Below are positions 19,131 to 28,699 of a stretch of 64,000 bases of DNA, one piece after another (within the stretch, counting starts at the first letter, position 1; every line of letters starts with the position of its first letter). Position numbers and translations under genes: made by a program. The stretch is from assembly GCA_963752475.1 (NCBI GenBank), contig CAVVYR010000008.1, forward strand, positions 128,001 to 192,000. Reading direction: 5' to 3'. This DNA comes from an uncultured Chloroflexia bacterium (GTDB lineage: Bacteria; Chloroflexota; Limnocylindria; Limnocylindrales; CSP1-4). Below the pieces are notes generated by a model. That model did no database searches, was not told the DNA's origin, and saw only the letters and a list, made by a program, of their open reading frames with translations.

Positions 19131-20101
19131 CAGCCCAGGATCACCCGCAGCTTCTCGACACCGACATTGCCGCCGCAGAGGATGACCGCGGTCGTCCCTG
19201 TGGTCGGGCTTGCATGCGCCTTGGCCGCGGCGTAGGCCATGGCGGCCGAGCCCTCGACCAGCAGATGCTCGACCTCGATGAGCTCAAGGAAGGCCGCCCG
19301 GATGTCGTCCTCCTCCACGGTCACGAAGTCGTCGAGCAGCTCCGCGAGGAGGCCGAAGGTGATGGCGTCGGGCTCGACGCCGCCGGCGGTGCCATCGCTG
19401 AGCGTGGGATCGGAGGGCATGTCGAGGATCTCGCCGGCCCGCAGCGAGTGGTACATCACCGCCGAGTTCGCCGGTGAGCAGCCGATGACCCGAACCGAGG
19501 GCGACTGCGCCTTGATGATCCCGGCGACGCCGCTCGAGAGGCCACCGCCACCCACCGCCACGAAGACGGCCGAGAGGTCCGGGACCTGTTCGAGGAGCTC
19601 CAGGCCGAGCGTGCCCTGCCCTCCGATGACCGCCGGATCGTTGTAGGGCGAGACGAACGTGAGGCTGCGCTCCTCGGCTGCGCGCCTGGCGCCGAGCTCG
19701 CTCTCGACCGAATCGGTGCCCCGGACCTCGATGCGTCCGCCGAGCCGCTCGATGGCGGCGAGCTTGGAGGGGTTGGCGTTGTCGGGCACGACGACGATCG
19801 GAGCTACGCCCACGATGCTGCCGGCATAGGCGACGGCGGCCCCGTGGTTGCCGGTAGAGGCAGTGATGACGCCACGCTCCAGCTCCTCGGGGGTCAGCGA
19901 GAGGACCTTGCTGACGGCCCCACGCGCCTTGAAGGAGCCCGTGTGCTGGACGTTCTCGCACTTGAGCACGACGTCCGAGCCGACCGCGGAGCTCAGCCCG
20001 ATCGAGGGCACGGCAGGCGTCGTCAGCAGGTACGGCCGCGCCCGCTCCTCGGCGGCATGGACCTGAGCGGCGACGTCGATGGAGCGAGGGGTGTCATCCA
20101 C
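19130..20101 (-). CDS. PLP-dependent threonine/serine dehydratase family protein
   Basis: KCENVQHTGSFKARGA, ASTGNHG, VGGGGL, ILCGGN. Confidence 0.9.
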   Translation of the reverse strand: MDDTPRSIDVAAQVHAAEERARPYLLTTPAVPSIGLSSAVGSDVVLKCENVQHTGSFKARGAVSKVLSLTPEELERGVITASTGNHGAAVAYAGSIVGVAPIVVVPDNANPSKLAAIERLGGRIEVRGTDSVESELGARRAAEERSLTFVSPYNDPAVIGGQGTLGLELLEQVPDLSAVFVAVGGGGLSSGVAGIIKAQSPSVRVIGCSPANSAVMYHSLRAGEILDMPSDPTLSDGTAGGVEPDAITFGLLAELLDDFVTVEEDDIRAAFLELIEVEHLLVEGSAAMAYAAAKAHASPTTGTTAVILCGGNVGVEKLRVILG

Positions 20102-20105
20102 CTTG

Positions 20106-21092
20106 TCAGTCTATGGCGATGGGCGTGGGCTCGGCAGCTCGTCGAACCGTTCCGGGCGGGACGCCCATGATCCGCTTGAAGGCCCGCGCGAAGGCCGCCT
20201 CCGAGCGATAGCCCAGCTGACCCGCCAGCTCGGCTACCGTCGTGCCATCGCGCTGGAGCAGGTCGTTGGCCACGTACATGCGCCAACGCGTGACGTACGA
20301 CATGACCGGTTCGCCCACGAGCTCGCTGAACTTGGCCGCGAAGGCCGAGCGTGACATGGCCAGCTCGTGTGCCAGCGAGGCCACGCTCCACTCGCGCGCC
20401 GGATCCTCGTGGATGAGCGCGAGCGCGTGACCCACCTGTGGGTGCTGGAGCGCTCCCAGCCATCCGGTCTGAGCCGCCGGATCGGCCTCGATCCAGGCAC
20501 GTACGGCCTGGATGACGAGGACATCGGCGAGCCGGGTGATGACGGCCTCGCCGCCGGGCTGCAGTTCCTCCGCCTCGGCCGCCATCAGGCGGATGACTCC
20601 GTACATCCGGTCGAGGCGCGGCGACTCGGCGGACTGCAGGTGGATCGTGCGCGGCATCGAGGCCACCAACTCCCGGCCGGCCGGATGATCGAAGCGCACG
20701 GCGCCGCAGAGCAGCATCGTGGGCGTCCCGCCGCCGCCGTAGCGCAGGATCTCGTAGCGGTCGCTGACCAGCTCCCGCTCAAGGTCGAGGATGAAGGGTG
20801 TTTCGGCCCCGGGCTCGCTGTCGAGCCGGTGGCCCTCGCCGTGGGGCACGAGCGCGAAGTCGCCCGCGTCCAGCACGGTGACCTCGCCCTCATCCCCGAG
20901 GACCCGCGCGCGCCCACGCAGGACGACGTGGAACCAGAGGTACGCAGGCATCGCGGGCAGGGTCATGCCCCACGGCTCGGTCAACTCGGAGCGGCAGTAG
21001 AAGGCGCCGCTCATGCGCAGGAAGTGCAGGGCCTGCCCAAGCGGGTCGGACGGCGGGAAGGGGTCGAAGGCGGTCATGGGCACAGTCTCCAT
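20106..21092 (-). CDS. AraC-family regulator with cupin_6 domain
   Basis: N-terminal cupin (FHVVLRG, LVPHGEGH) and C-terminal double HTH (MSRSAFAAKF, LGYRSEAAFARAFKR). Start is uncertain (21077-21155). Confidence 0.9.
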   Translation of the reverse strand: METVPMTAFDPFPPSDPLGQALHFLRMSGAFYCRSELTEPWGMTLPAMPAYLWFHVVLRGRARVLGDEGEVTVLDAGDFALVPHGEGHRLDSEPGAETPFILDLERELVSDRYEILRYGGGGTPTMLLCGAVRFDHPAGRELVASMPRTIHLQSAESPRLDRMYGVIRLMAAEAEELQPGGEAVITRLADVLVIQAVRAWIEADPAAQTGWLGALQHPQVGHALALIHEDPAREWSVASLAHELAMSRSAFAAKFSELVGEPVMSYVTRWRMYVANDLLQRDGTTVAELAGQLGYRSEAAFARAFKRIMGVPPGTVRRAAEPTPIAID

Positions 21093-21215
21093 GGCGCATG
21101 CCGGTTCGTCCACTGATGCTGGACGTTCGAGCATGACCAGCGGCGGTACGGGCATTCACAGTCCAGCCATTGTGGCTGACGCTAGCGCTATCAACCCTTT
21201 GCATGGAGGTGCGAG

Positions 21216-22064
21216 ATGCACACCCACCCCGATTCCACCCTCGTCCTGGGGGCCACCGGCAAGACCGGTCGACGCATCGTCGAGCGGCTGACCGAGATGG
21301 GCCTGCCCGTCCGCGCTGGCTCCCGCACCGGCACGCCCCCCTTCGAGTGGCACGATCGCTCCACCTGGAGCCCCGTGCTCGAGGGCGTCTCGCGTGCCTA
21401 CATTTCCTACTACCCCGACATCGCGGCCCCGGGAGCCGTGGAGACCGTGAGCGCGTTCGCCCAGCAGGCCGTGGGCTCCGGTGTCAAGCGGCTGGTACTG
21501 CTGGCCGGTCGAGGCGAGGCCGAGGCCGAGCGTGCCGAGCAGGCCGTGCGCGACACAGGCGCCGACCTGACCGTGGTGCGCGCGACCTGGTTCGCCCAGA
21601 ACTTCAGCGAAGGCTTCATGCGCGACGGCATCATGTCCGGTGTGCTGGCCTTGCCCGCCGGCGAAACGCCCGAGCCCTTCGTCGACGCCGATGACATCGC
21701 CGATGTGGCCGTGGCCGCGCTGACCGACGAGGCGCACATCGGCCAGCTGTACGAGCTCACTGGTCCGCGCTCGCTGACGTTCGCGCAGGCCGTGGCCGAG
21801 ATCGCCCGGGCCAGCGGCCGTGACGTGCGCTACCTGCCGATCAGCCTCGACGAGTACACCGAGGAGATGGCTCGCCTGGGCGTCCCATCCGAGGTCATCG
21901 AACTCACTGCCTTCCTCTTCGACGAAGTCCTCGACGGACGCAACTCGAAGACCGTCGACGGCGTCCAGCGTGCCCTCGGCCGGCCGGCCCGTGACTTCGG
22001 CGAGTACGCCCGTGACGCGGCCGCTGCCGGCGCCTGGGCTGTGAACGGGAAGGTGGCCGCCTGA
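21216..22064 (+). CDS. NmrA-like NAD(P)H-binding protein
   Basis: GATGKTGRR, WFAQNF, FVDADDIADVA, YELTGP; RBS GGAGG. Confidence 0.88.
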   Translation: MHTHPDSTLVLGATGKTGRRIVERLTEMGLPVRAGSRTGTPPFEWHDRSTWSPVLEGVSRAYISYYPDIAAPGAVETVSAFAQQAVGSGVKRLVLLAGRGEAEAERAEQAVRDTGADLTVVRATWFAQNFSEGFMRDGIMSGVLALPAGETPEPFVDADDIADVAVAALTDEAHIGQLYELTGPRSLTFAQAVAEIARASGRDVRYLPISLDEYTEEMARLGVPSEVIELTAFLFDEVLDGRNSKTVDGVQRALGRPARDFGEYARDAAAAGAWAVNGKVAA

Positions 22065-22543
22065 TGGACCTCGACCTCGGACTCGTTCTCACGATCGTCG
22101 CCATCGTGGGGGCCGGCCTCAACGCCGGCGTCTACTTCACCTTCTCTACCTTCACCATGGCCGGCCTGCGACGGCTGCCCCCGAGCGAAGGCGCGGCGGC
22201 CATGCAGGCCATCAACCTCGAAGCACCGACCCGCGGCTTCATGACCATCTTCTTCGGTACGGCGCTCGTCAGCCTCGGCCTGGCAGCCGCGGCCTTCGTG
22301 AACTTCGACCCGCCCGCGTCGAGCATGATCATCGCCGGCGCAGGCGCCTACCTCGCGACCATCGTCATCACGGGCATCTACAACGTGCCCTTGAACGACC
22401 GCCTCGAGGGCGTCCCCGCGAGGAGCGCGGAGGGCGTGACCATGTGGACCGACTACCAGGTCCGCTGGACTCGCGGCAACCACGTGCGCCTGCTGGCCAG
22501 TTCGGCCTCGGCCATCCTACTCACGCTGAGCCTGCTCGTGTGA
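22064..22543 (+). CDS. DUF1772 / anthrone oxygenase family membrane protein
   Basis: [29 protein letters not shown]. Confidence 0.85.
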   Translation: MDLDLGLVLTIVAIVGAGLNAGVYFTFSTFTMAGLRRLPPSEGAAAMQAINLEAPTRGFMTIFFGTALVSLGLAAAAFVNFDPPASSMIIAGAGAYLATIVITGIYNVPLNDRLEGVPARSAEGVTMWTDYQVRWTRGNHVRLLASSASAILLTLSLLV

Positions 22544-22688
22544 GACCGTCCGAGCCGACCGCGGCGTGGGCGGCAGTGGCGACCTTCAGGCAGCGCACCC
22601 GTGTCCCTCTCGGCCGTGCCGGGTGTCGTTGTGTCAGGCTGCGAGACACGACGTCGGGTCGCGATCCACGATGCCCAGGAGACCAGCC

Positions 22689-24320
22689 ATGAACCAGACC
22701 CCACCGCTCAGGGAACGCGCCGCATGGCGCGCGCTCGGGGCTCACCACGACGACATCGCCGGCACCAGCCTGCGCGAGCTCTTCGACACCGACCCCGACC
22801 GCGGTGAGCGGCTCACGGCCGAGGCCGCCGGGCTGTACCTGGACTACTCCAAGAACCAGGTCACCGACGAGACGATGGACCTGCTCGTGGTCCTGGCCGA
22901 GGAGGTCGGGCTGCGCTCGCGCATCGAGGCCATGTTCAGCGGCGAGCGCATCAACGTGACCGAAGACCGCGCCGTCCTGCATACGGCCCTGCGGGCCCCG
23001 CGCGACGCGGACGTCCGCGTGGATGGTGAGAACGTGGTGCCGGAGGTGCACGAGGTCCTCGACCGCATGGCTGGCTTCGCCACCGAGGTGCGCGAGGGCT
23101 CCTGGCTGGGCCACACCGGCAAGCCCATCCGCAACATCGTCAACATCGGCATCGGCGGCTCCGACCTGGGCCCGGTCATGGCCTACGAGGCCCTGCGCCA
23201 CTACGCGACCCGCGACCTGACCTTCCGCTTCGTCTCCAACGTGGACGGCACAGACATCGCGGAGGCCACCCGCGACCTGGACCCCGCCGAGACGCTCTTC
23301 ATCGTCGCGTCGAAGACGTTCACCACGCTCGAGACGATCCGCAACGCCCGCTCGGCGCGAGAGTGGCTGCTCGAAGGCCTGGGCGATCCTGCAGCGGTCG
23401 CCCGACACTTCGTGGCCGTCTCCACGAACGCCGGGGAAGTGGCCGAGTTCGGCATCGACACGGCCAACATGTTCGGCTTCTGGGACTGGGTCGGCGGACG
23501 CTACTCGATGGACTCGGCCATCGGACTCTCGACGATGATCGCCCTGGGGCCCGACGGCTTCGGTGAGCTCCTGGCCGGCTTCCGCGAGATGGACGAGCAC
23601 TTCCGCAGCGCGCCTGTCGAGCGCAACATGCCAGCGCTGCTGGGCCTGCTCAGCGTGTGGCAGACCAACTTCCGCGGTGTGGAGACACTGGCCGTTCTCC
23701 CCTACGACCAGTACCTCAAGCGCTTCCCGGCCTACCTCCAGCAGCTGACCATGGAGTCCAACGGCAAGTCGGTCACCCTCGACGGCCGTGGTGTGGACTA
23801 CCAGACGGGGCCCATCTACTGGGGCGAGCCCGGCACCAACGGCCAGCACTCGTTCTACCAGCTGATCCACCAGGGTACGCGGGCGGTGGCGGTCGACTTC
23901 ATCGCCTTCAGCGAGTCACTGAATCCCATCGCCGACCATCACGACCTGCTCAACGCCAACGTCTTCGCCCAGGCCGAGGCACTCGCCTTCGGCAAGACCG
24001 CAGAGCAGGTGCGCGCCGAGGGCACGACCGAAGCACTCGTGCCGCATCGCACGTTCGAGGGCGACCGCCCGTCCAACACCATCCTCGCCGGGCGCCTGAC
24101 GCCGGCGGTGTTGGGGCAGCTGGTCGCGCTCTACGAGCACGCAGTGTTCACGCAGGGCGTGATCTGGGACATCGGCTCGTTCGACCAGTGGGGCGTAGAG
24201 CTGGGCAAGGTCCTGGCCAGGAAGGTCGCGGCCGAGCTGATGGCCGAGGCTGAGCCGGTACTCGAACACGACTCCTCCACCAACGCTCTCATCCGACGCT
24301 ACCGCAGCCAGCGGCGCTAG
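22689..24320 (+). CDS. pgi: Glucose-6-phosphate isomerase
   Basis: [56 protein letters not shown]. Confidence 0.97.
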   Translation: MNQTPPLRERAAWRALGAHHDDIAGTSLRELFDTDPDRGERLTAEAAGLYLDYSKNQVTDETMDLLVVLAEEVGLRSRIEAMFSGERINVTEDRAVLHTALRAPRDADVRVDGENVVPEVHEVLDRMAGFATEVREGSWLGHTGKPIRNIVNIGIGGSDLGPVMAYEALRHYATRDLTFRFVSNVDGTDIAEATRDLDPAETLFIVASKTFTTLETIRNARSAREWLLEGLGDPAAVARHFVAVSTNAGEVAEFGIDTANMFGFWDWVGGRYSMDSAIGLSTMIALGPDGFGELLAGFREMDEHFRSAPVERNMPALLGLLSVWQTNFRGVETLAVLPYDQYLKRFPAYLQQLTMESNGKSVTLDGRGVDYQTGPIYWGEPGTNGQHSFYQLIHQGTRAVAVDFIAFSESLNPIADHHDLLNANVFAQAEALAFGKTAEQVRAEGTTEALVPHRTFEGDRPSNTILAGRLTPAVLGQLVALYEHAVFTQGVIWDIGSFDQWGVELGKVLARKVAAELMAEAEPVLEHDSSTNALIRRYRSQRR

Positions 24321-24332
24321 GAAGACCGGGTC

Positions 24333-24354
24333 GACCGTCACCTCGATGACGGTC
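24333..24354. other. 8-bp inverted repeat after pgi (terminator or operator)
   Basis: GACCGTCA-N6-TGACGGTC. Confidence 0.35.
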
Positions 24355-24379
24355 CGAAGCTGGGACCGGTCATGATCCG

Positions 24380-25204
24380 ATGGTCACGTTGGTTGCCGAC
24401 GAGCCCAGCCGAATACTCGGCCTCGTGGACGAAGAGCTCATGCAACTGGATCTGGCCACGGCCGAGGCACGACGCCTCGCGACCGCTTCCCTCGATGCGC
24501 TACGCGGCCCGCAGGAGGCGCTGCGTAGGGCGGCCTCCGATCACATCGCGTCGGTGGCCGAACGACGACTCGATGCCTCCCGCCGAGCGTCGGTCGAGGT
24601 CATGGCCCGCCTGAGCGACGACGAGCTGGCTGAGCTCCATCTGTGGACCCAGGAGCAGATCGCCGAGACCCGCGAGATGGTCGAGGAGGGCATCGAGGGG
24701 TGCGACTTCTGGATCCCCGAGGTCCCTGGCATGAGCTCCTCGGACGTCTCGGCCTACAGCAGCGGGCTGGTGCCTCGACCCCGGGACAGCCGAACCGGCA
24801 TCCCGCAATCGCTCGTTCAGCTCTTCGATGAGTCGCTGGCGCCCTTCCGACGAGGTCTGGCCGCAGTCGGCCTGGCGCTTATCCCCAAGGACGCCGAGCC
24901 GAGCGTGGAGATCGCGCTGGTGCGGGCGTGGCGCACCTATCGCGATGCCGCCGTCGTTTGCGTGTCCCGCTGGGCCGACGTCGATGAGCACTACCACGCG
25001 AGCGCCGAGCGTTTCCAGGAGATGCGCTGGGAGCTTGCCGGCGAGATCGACCCTGAGACCGTCCGGGCGCAGCAGGAGGCCGAGGACGACGAGGGCCACG
25101 ATCGCGCGCCCTCACTCGCGGACGAGGCGGACGCCGCCGCGCACGCACCGCCCGAGGCGATCTCGCTCCCGGACTCCGAGACGCTGGTGCCGGCCTCCGG
25201 CTAG
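24380..25204 (+). CDS. Hypothetical acidic alpha-helical protein
   Basis: 274-aa ORF with typical codon bias filling the gap between pgi and the aminotransferase; no motif recognised. Confidence 0.65.
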   Translation: MVTLVADEPSRILGLVDEELMQLDLATAEARRLATASLDALRGPQEALRRAASDHIASVAERRLDASRRASVEVMARLSDDELAELHLWTQEQIAETREMVEEGIEGCDFWIPEVPGMSSSDVSAYSSGLVPRPRDSRTGIPQSLVQLFDESLAPFRRGLAAVGLALIPKDAEPSVEIALVRAWRTYRDAAVVCVSRWADVDEHYHASAERFQEMRWELAGEIDPETVRAQQEAEDDEGHDRAPSLADEADAAAHAPPEAISLPDSETLVPASG

Positions 25205-26325
25205 GAGCGGAGCCTCTTCACCGAGTCGCCGAGGCGAGCCAGCCCGTCGAGCAGCTCGGGCTCCGGCACCGCGAAGCTCAGGCGGATGTGCTTGTCCACG
25301 CCGAAGTGGTCGCCGGGCACGATGAGCAGGCCCGACTCGTCGCGCAGCTGCTCCATCCACTCGGTCGAGTTGATGCCGAGGTCGTACCGCAGGAACGTGA
25401 TGGCGGCCGCATCCGGCGGGGTCCCGGTGAGGACGCCATCCTGCTCGCTGAGCCACTCCCCGAGGAGGCCATAGCCACCCTTGAGCAGCATTCGCGTTCG
25501 GGCCAGGATCTGTGGTCGCACCGTCGGCGAGAGGGCCGTTCGCGTGAGCTCATCGGAGAGCATCGAGAGGGCGATGGTCGTGTACTCGTGGCGCCGCCAC
25601 ATGTCCGCGACGGCGTCGGCCGGCCCGACCGTCCAGCCCACGCGCAGGCCTGGCAGCCCGTAGGCCTTGCTCATCGAACCCTGCGCCAGCACCTTGTCGT
25701 AGCGGCCGAAGAACGATGGCGTCTCGTCCTTCTCACGCTCGGCACCGCGATAGACCTCATCGGCCAGCAGCCAGGCCCCGACCCGCTCCGCGGCAGCCAC
25801 GACCGCGTCCATCTCGGCCGTGCTCATGATCCGCCCGGTGGGGTTGTTGGGGTTGACCACGGCGATCATCTTGGTCTGTGCCGTGACCGCTTCCTCGAGG
25901 GCAGCCGTGTCCAGGGCCCAATCCTTGTCGACCTCGAGGTGGACCTCCTTGACGCGGCAGCCGCGGTTCACGGCCACGCCCCAGATCTGCATGTAGTTGG
26001 GCATCACCAGCACGATCTCGTCACCGGGCTCGAGGAACGTGTTGACCGCGAGGTAGTTGGCCTCGGCAGCACCGATGGTGACCAGGACATCGTCCCTGGT
26101 GGCGCCGTCGTAGAGCGCGGCGATGTTCTCGCGCAGCTCGGGCGTGCCGTTGGCCTGCGGGTAGGACTGGCCGATGTCAGCGAGATCGTTGGGCTCGCGG
26201 CCGTCCATGGCCAGGAGCTCGCCCAGCGTCATCGGGTGCACGCCGCTCTCCGAGAGGTTGACGTCGACGACGTTCTCCCACTCGGACATCATCTGTTCCA
26301 TCACGAACGGCTGGAAGTCGGGCAT
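25201..26325 (-). CDS. Class I/II PLP-dependent aminotransferase
   Basis: NPNNPTG, DEVYRG, SMSKAYGLPGLRVGW. Confidence 0.9.
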   Translation of the reverse strand: MPDFQPFVMEQMMSEWENVVDVNLSESGVHPMTLGELLAMDGREPNDLADIGQSYPQANGTPELRENIAALYDGATRDDVLVTIGAAEANYLAVNTFLEPGDEIVLVMPNYMQIWGVAVNRGCRVKEVHLEVDKDWALDTAALEEAVTAQTKMIAVVNPNNPTGRIMSTAEMDAVVAAAERVGAWLLADEVYRGAEREKDETPSFFGRYDKVLAQGSMSKAYGLPGLRVGWTVGPADAVADMWRRHEYTTIALSMLSDELTRTALSPTVRPQILARTRMLLKGGYGLLGEWLSEQDGVLTGTPPDAAAITFLRYDLGINSTEWMEQLRDESGLLIVPGDHFGVDKHIRLSFAVPEPELLDGLARLGDSVKRLRS

Positions 26326-26453
26326 GGCGGGCTCCTGGACGGCGGGCGGTACCCAGCCAGTCTAGGGCTCGGCCGAGACGGACGGTTCTGCCCCCAGGGT
26401 GAACGCGAACCCTAGCCGGTCGGGTTCGGTTCCCACGATCCTCGCGGACAGCG

Positions 26454-26897
26454 TCAGACAGCCGAGAGCGGGTCGATGACCTCGAGGAAGCCGAAGCGGT
26501 GGAAGTCGGCGTCGTTGGTGACGATGCGTCGGATGCCGTGCTCGCGCATGAGGATGGCCGTATGCGCGTCGTGGAAGACGCTGCCCTTCAGGGTTGGTGT
26601 CTCTGCGATGACAGCCCTGGCGATTGCGCAGTGGCGGTCTGTCTCGGTGAGGACCGACAGACCTGGCGTCGTCAGCAGACTCTCCACGAAGCCCCACGCC
26701 TCGCGGCTGCTCCATGGGTTCTCGAAGACACGCGGATGCGTGATGACGCGTGCGAACTCGTAGCAGATACCCCACGTCAGGAACCAGGGCTCCCGGCTCG
26801 TACGCCACTCCGCGAGCCGACGGGCACAGGCTTGATGCTGGGGAACGTCCTCGTTCGCCGCGTAGAGCAACACGTTCGTGTCGGCGACGAACATCAC
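26454..26897 (-). CDS. vapC: VapC-family PIN-domain toxin
   Basis: ADTNVLLYA, E, HDAHTA, TNDADF acidic PIN residues. Confidence 0.88.
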   Translation of the reverse strand: MMFVADTNVLLYAANEDVPQHQACARRLAEWRTSREPWFLTWGICYEFARVITHPRVFENPWSSREAWGFVESLLTTPGLSVLTETDRHCAIARAVIAETPTLKGSVFHDAHTAILMREHGIRRIVTNDADFHRFGFLEVIDPLSAV

Positions 26898-27121
26898 TCC
26901 TCGTCGAAGACCCGGTAGAGCGCTTCGCGATCGGACACATCGACGAGCTCGCGACCGCCGTGGAACGTGGGCAGAGGCGTGGGCTTTGGCTCATACGGCT
27001 CCGGCTCGAGCATGCGACGAAGGGCAGCCTCGACGAGCTCCGACATGGTCGTGCCGCGACGCGCGGCCTCAGCCTTGACCTGGCGCATGACGTGCTCGTC
27101 GATATTCAGCGTGGTCTTCAT
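26894..27121 (-). CDS. vapB: VapB-type ribbon-helix-helix antitoxin
   Basis: MKTTLNIDEHVMRQVKAEAARRGTTMSELVEAALR; overlaps the toxin start. Confidence 0.82.
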   Translation of the reverse strand: MKTTLNIDEHVMRQVKAEAARRGTTMSELVEAALRRMLEPEPYEPKPTPLPTFHGGRELVDVSDREALYRVFDEE

Positions 27122-27128
27122 ACGGGAG

Positions 27129-27147
27129 ACCATATCGCCTGTATGGT
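27129..27147 (-). promoter_or_regulatory. Operator palindrome over the -10 of a leaderless vapBC promoter
   Basis: ACCATA-N7-TATGGT; on the minus strand TATGGT lies 7 nt before the ATG. Confidence 0.5.
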
Positions 27148-27288
27148 TCTACGGCAAGAAAGCGCCCAAGCCGGCGGGGCTCGCGCAGCGCGGACCGCGC
27201 ACAGGGCGGACCAGCCCGTGTGGATCACACGCAGCGGGATCTATCGGGCTACGTTGGAGCTTGCCACCACTGCAGTAGCCTGAGCTAC

Positions 27289-27714
27289 ATGAATGCCCTC
27301 AGCCCCGAAGCGCTGCAGCACTGCATCGACAGCGCCCAGACGATCGCGATGTCGACGACCAACCCCAACGGCACGATCCACACGGTCCCCGTCTGGTACG
27401 GCCACGACGGCGAGGCTTTCTGGGTCATCACGGGCACGAACCAGCGCAAGACGAAGAACCTGCGGCTCGACCCGCGGGTGAGCCTGATGCTGCTGGTCGA
27501 GCAGGTCGGTGAACGACCCACCGAGATCGCGCTCGTCTATGGACGAGCCACCGTCCACGAGCTGCCGGCTGAGGAGCTGCGAACCAAGGCACAGTGGGCC
27601 TGGACCCGCTACGGCGAGGACGTCGCCCTCGAGTATTCGCAGGCCCTGCCCGATGAGGGCTACTGCGCACTCGAGATCAGGCCCGACAGGATCCTTGGCT
27701 GGCACCCGGGCTGA
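27289..27714 (+). CDS. Pyridoxamine 5'-phosphate oxidase-like (PPOX class, possibly F420-dependent) protein
   Basis: STTNPNGTIHTVPVWY, KTKNLRLDPRVSL, IRPDRILGW. Confidence 0.8.
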   Translation: MNALSPEALQHCIDSAQTIAMSTTNPNGTIHTVPVWYGHDGEAFWVITGTNQRKTKNLRLDPRVSLMLLVEQVGERPTEIALVYGRATVHELPAEELRTKAQWAWTRYGEDVALEYSQALPDEGYCALEIRPDRILGWHPG

Positions 27715-27732
27715 GGTGCTGACGCCTGGGGG

Positions 27733-28482
27733 CTACTGGGCGAGCGGGGCGACACAGGCCTCGACCGCGGTGGTGACATCGACCACCCACGTGTCACCCA
27801 GCTCTAGCTCTGGATGGGTGACCCCCAGCTCGTAGACGAGAGAGCTGTCGGGCCCTTGGATCAGACGAGCCAGGTCGGCGTGGTGGTTGCTGGGCTTGAC
27901 GACCCCGTCACCGCCCACGTAGATGTACTGCCGCACGAGGTAGGCCGATCCATCGGAATAGTCAGCCACGGCCACCGTGCAGGCTTCCGGGTCCTGCTCG
28001 CACCACGGCTGCTGCTCGGCGACCCGCTGGCCAAGGTCTCCGAACAACGCCTGGGCCTGGTGTCGGTCGGCGATGCTGGTGACCTTCAGGTTGGCACGGA
28101 TGGTGCCGCTGAGATCTACTGAGACGTGGGTGGTCTGCCAGTCACAGACCAGGCCCCCATCAGCCTCGTATTCGACTCCGGAGGGCCACGTCTTCGACAC
28201 GTAGATGTCGTTGCGCGCGCTGGACGAGTCATCCAGCAGCGGGATGTCCACGCCGACACAGGCACAGTCGTCCACCGTGAAGGTATGGGTCGCTCCTGTC
28301 GGGTCCGGCTCCGCGGCAGGCGCTGGTGTGGCTGGGGCCGGGGGGATGTACGTGAACTCCTCCAGCTCGATGTTCGGAAGCGCTTCGAGGTAGTTCGCAA
28401 CCTCGACCCAAGGGGGGTCACAGGCTACGGCGGTGACAAGAAGCGAACCTGACAACATGGACGATGCGACGAGACGCCGCAT
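27733..28482 (-). CDS. Hypothetical Cys-rich lipoprotein
   Basis: MRRLVASS...VTAVAC lipobox-like signal, Pro/Ala linker, six further Cys. Confidence 0.6.
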   Translation of the reverse strand: MRRLVASSMLSGSLLVTAVACDPPWVEVANYLEALPNIELEEFTYIPPAPATPAPAAEPDPTGATHTFTVDDCACVGVDIPLLDDSSSARNDIYVSKTWPSGVEYEADGGLVCDWQTTHVSVDLSGTIRANLKVTSIADRHQAQALFGDLGQRVAEQQPWCEQDPEACTVAVADYSDGSAYLVRQYIYVGGDGVVKPSNHHADLARLIQGPDSSLVYELGVTHPELELGDTWVVDVTTAVEACVAPLAQ

Positions 28483-28699
28483 TGTTCCCCCCATCGAACC
28501 TCTCCTCCTGGGTCGTCCGATCCCTAGCAGCTGCGTCGAGCGTAGTCCCCTCGGTTTCCATCTGCCCCGCGAAGTCGTCGGCCGGTACGCGGGTGACGTG
28601 GCCCAGTTCAGGTCGACCGCCAACCTCACCCCAGCCGATGAGGACTCGCAGGACGTGAAGCTGCGACCGGCTCCGCGACGCGGGCCTAGACTCGCGGCG

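Noticed and set aside
21107-21125. CGTCCA-N7-TGGACG inverted repeat as the AraC operator
   Set aside because: Arms are only 6 bp, there is a single occurrence, and the AraC start is uncertain, so it may be coding sequence.
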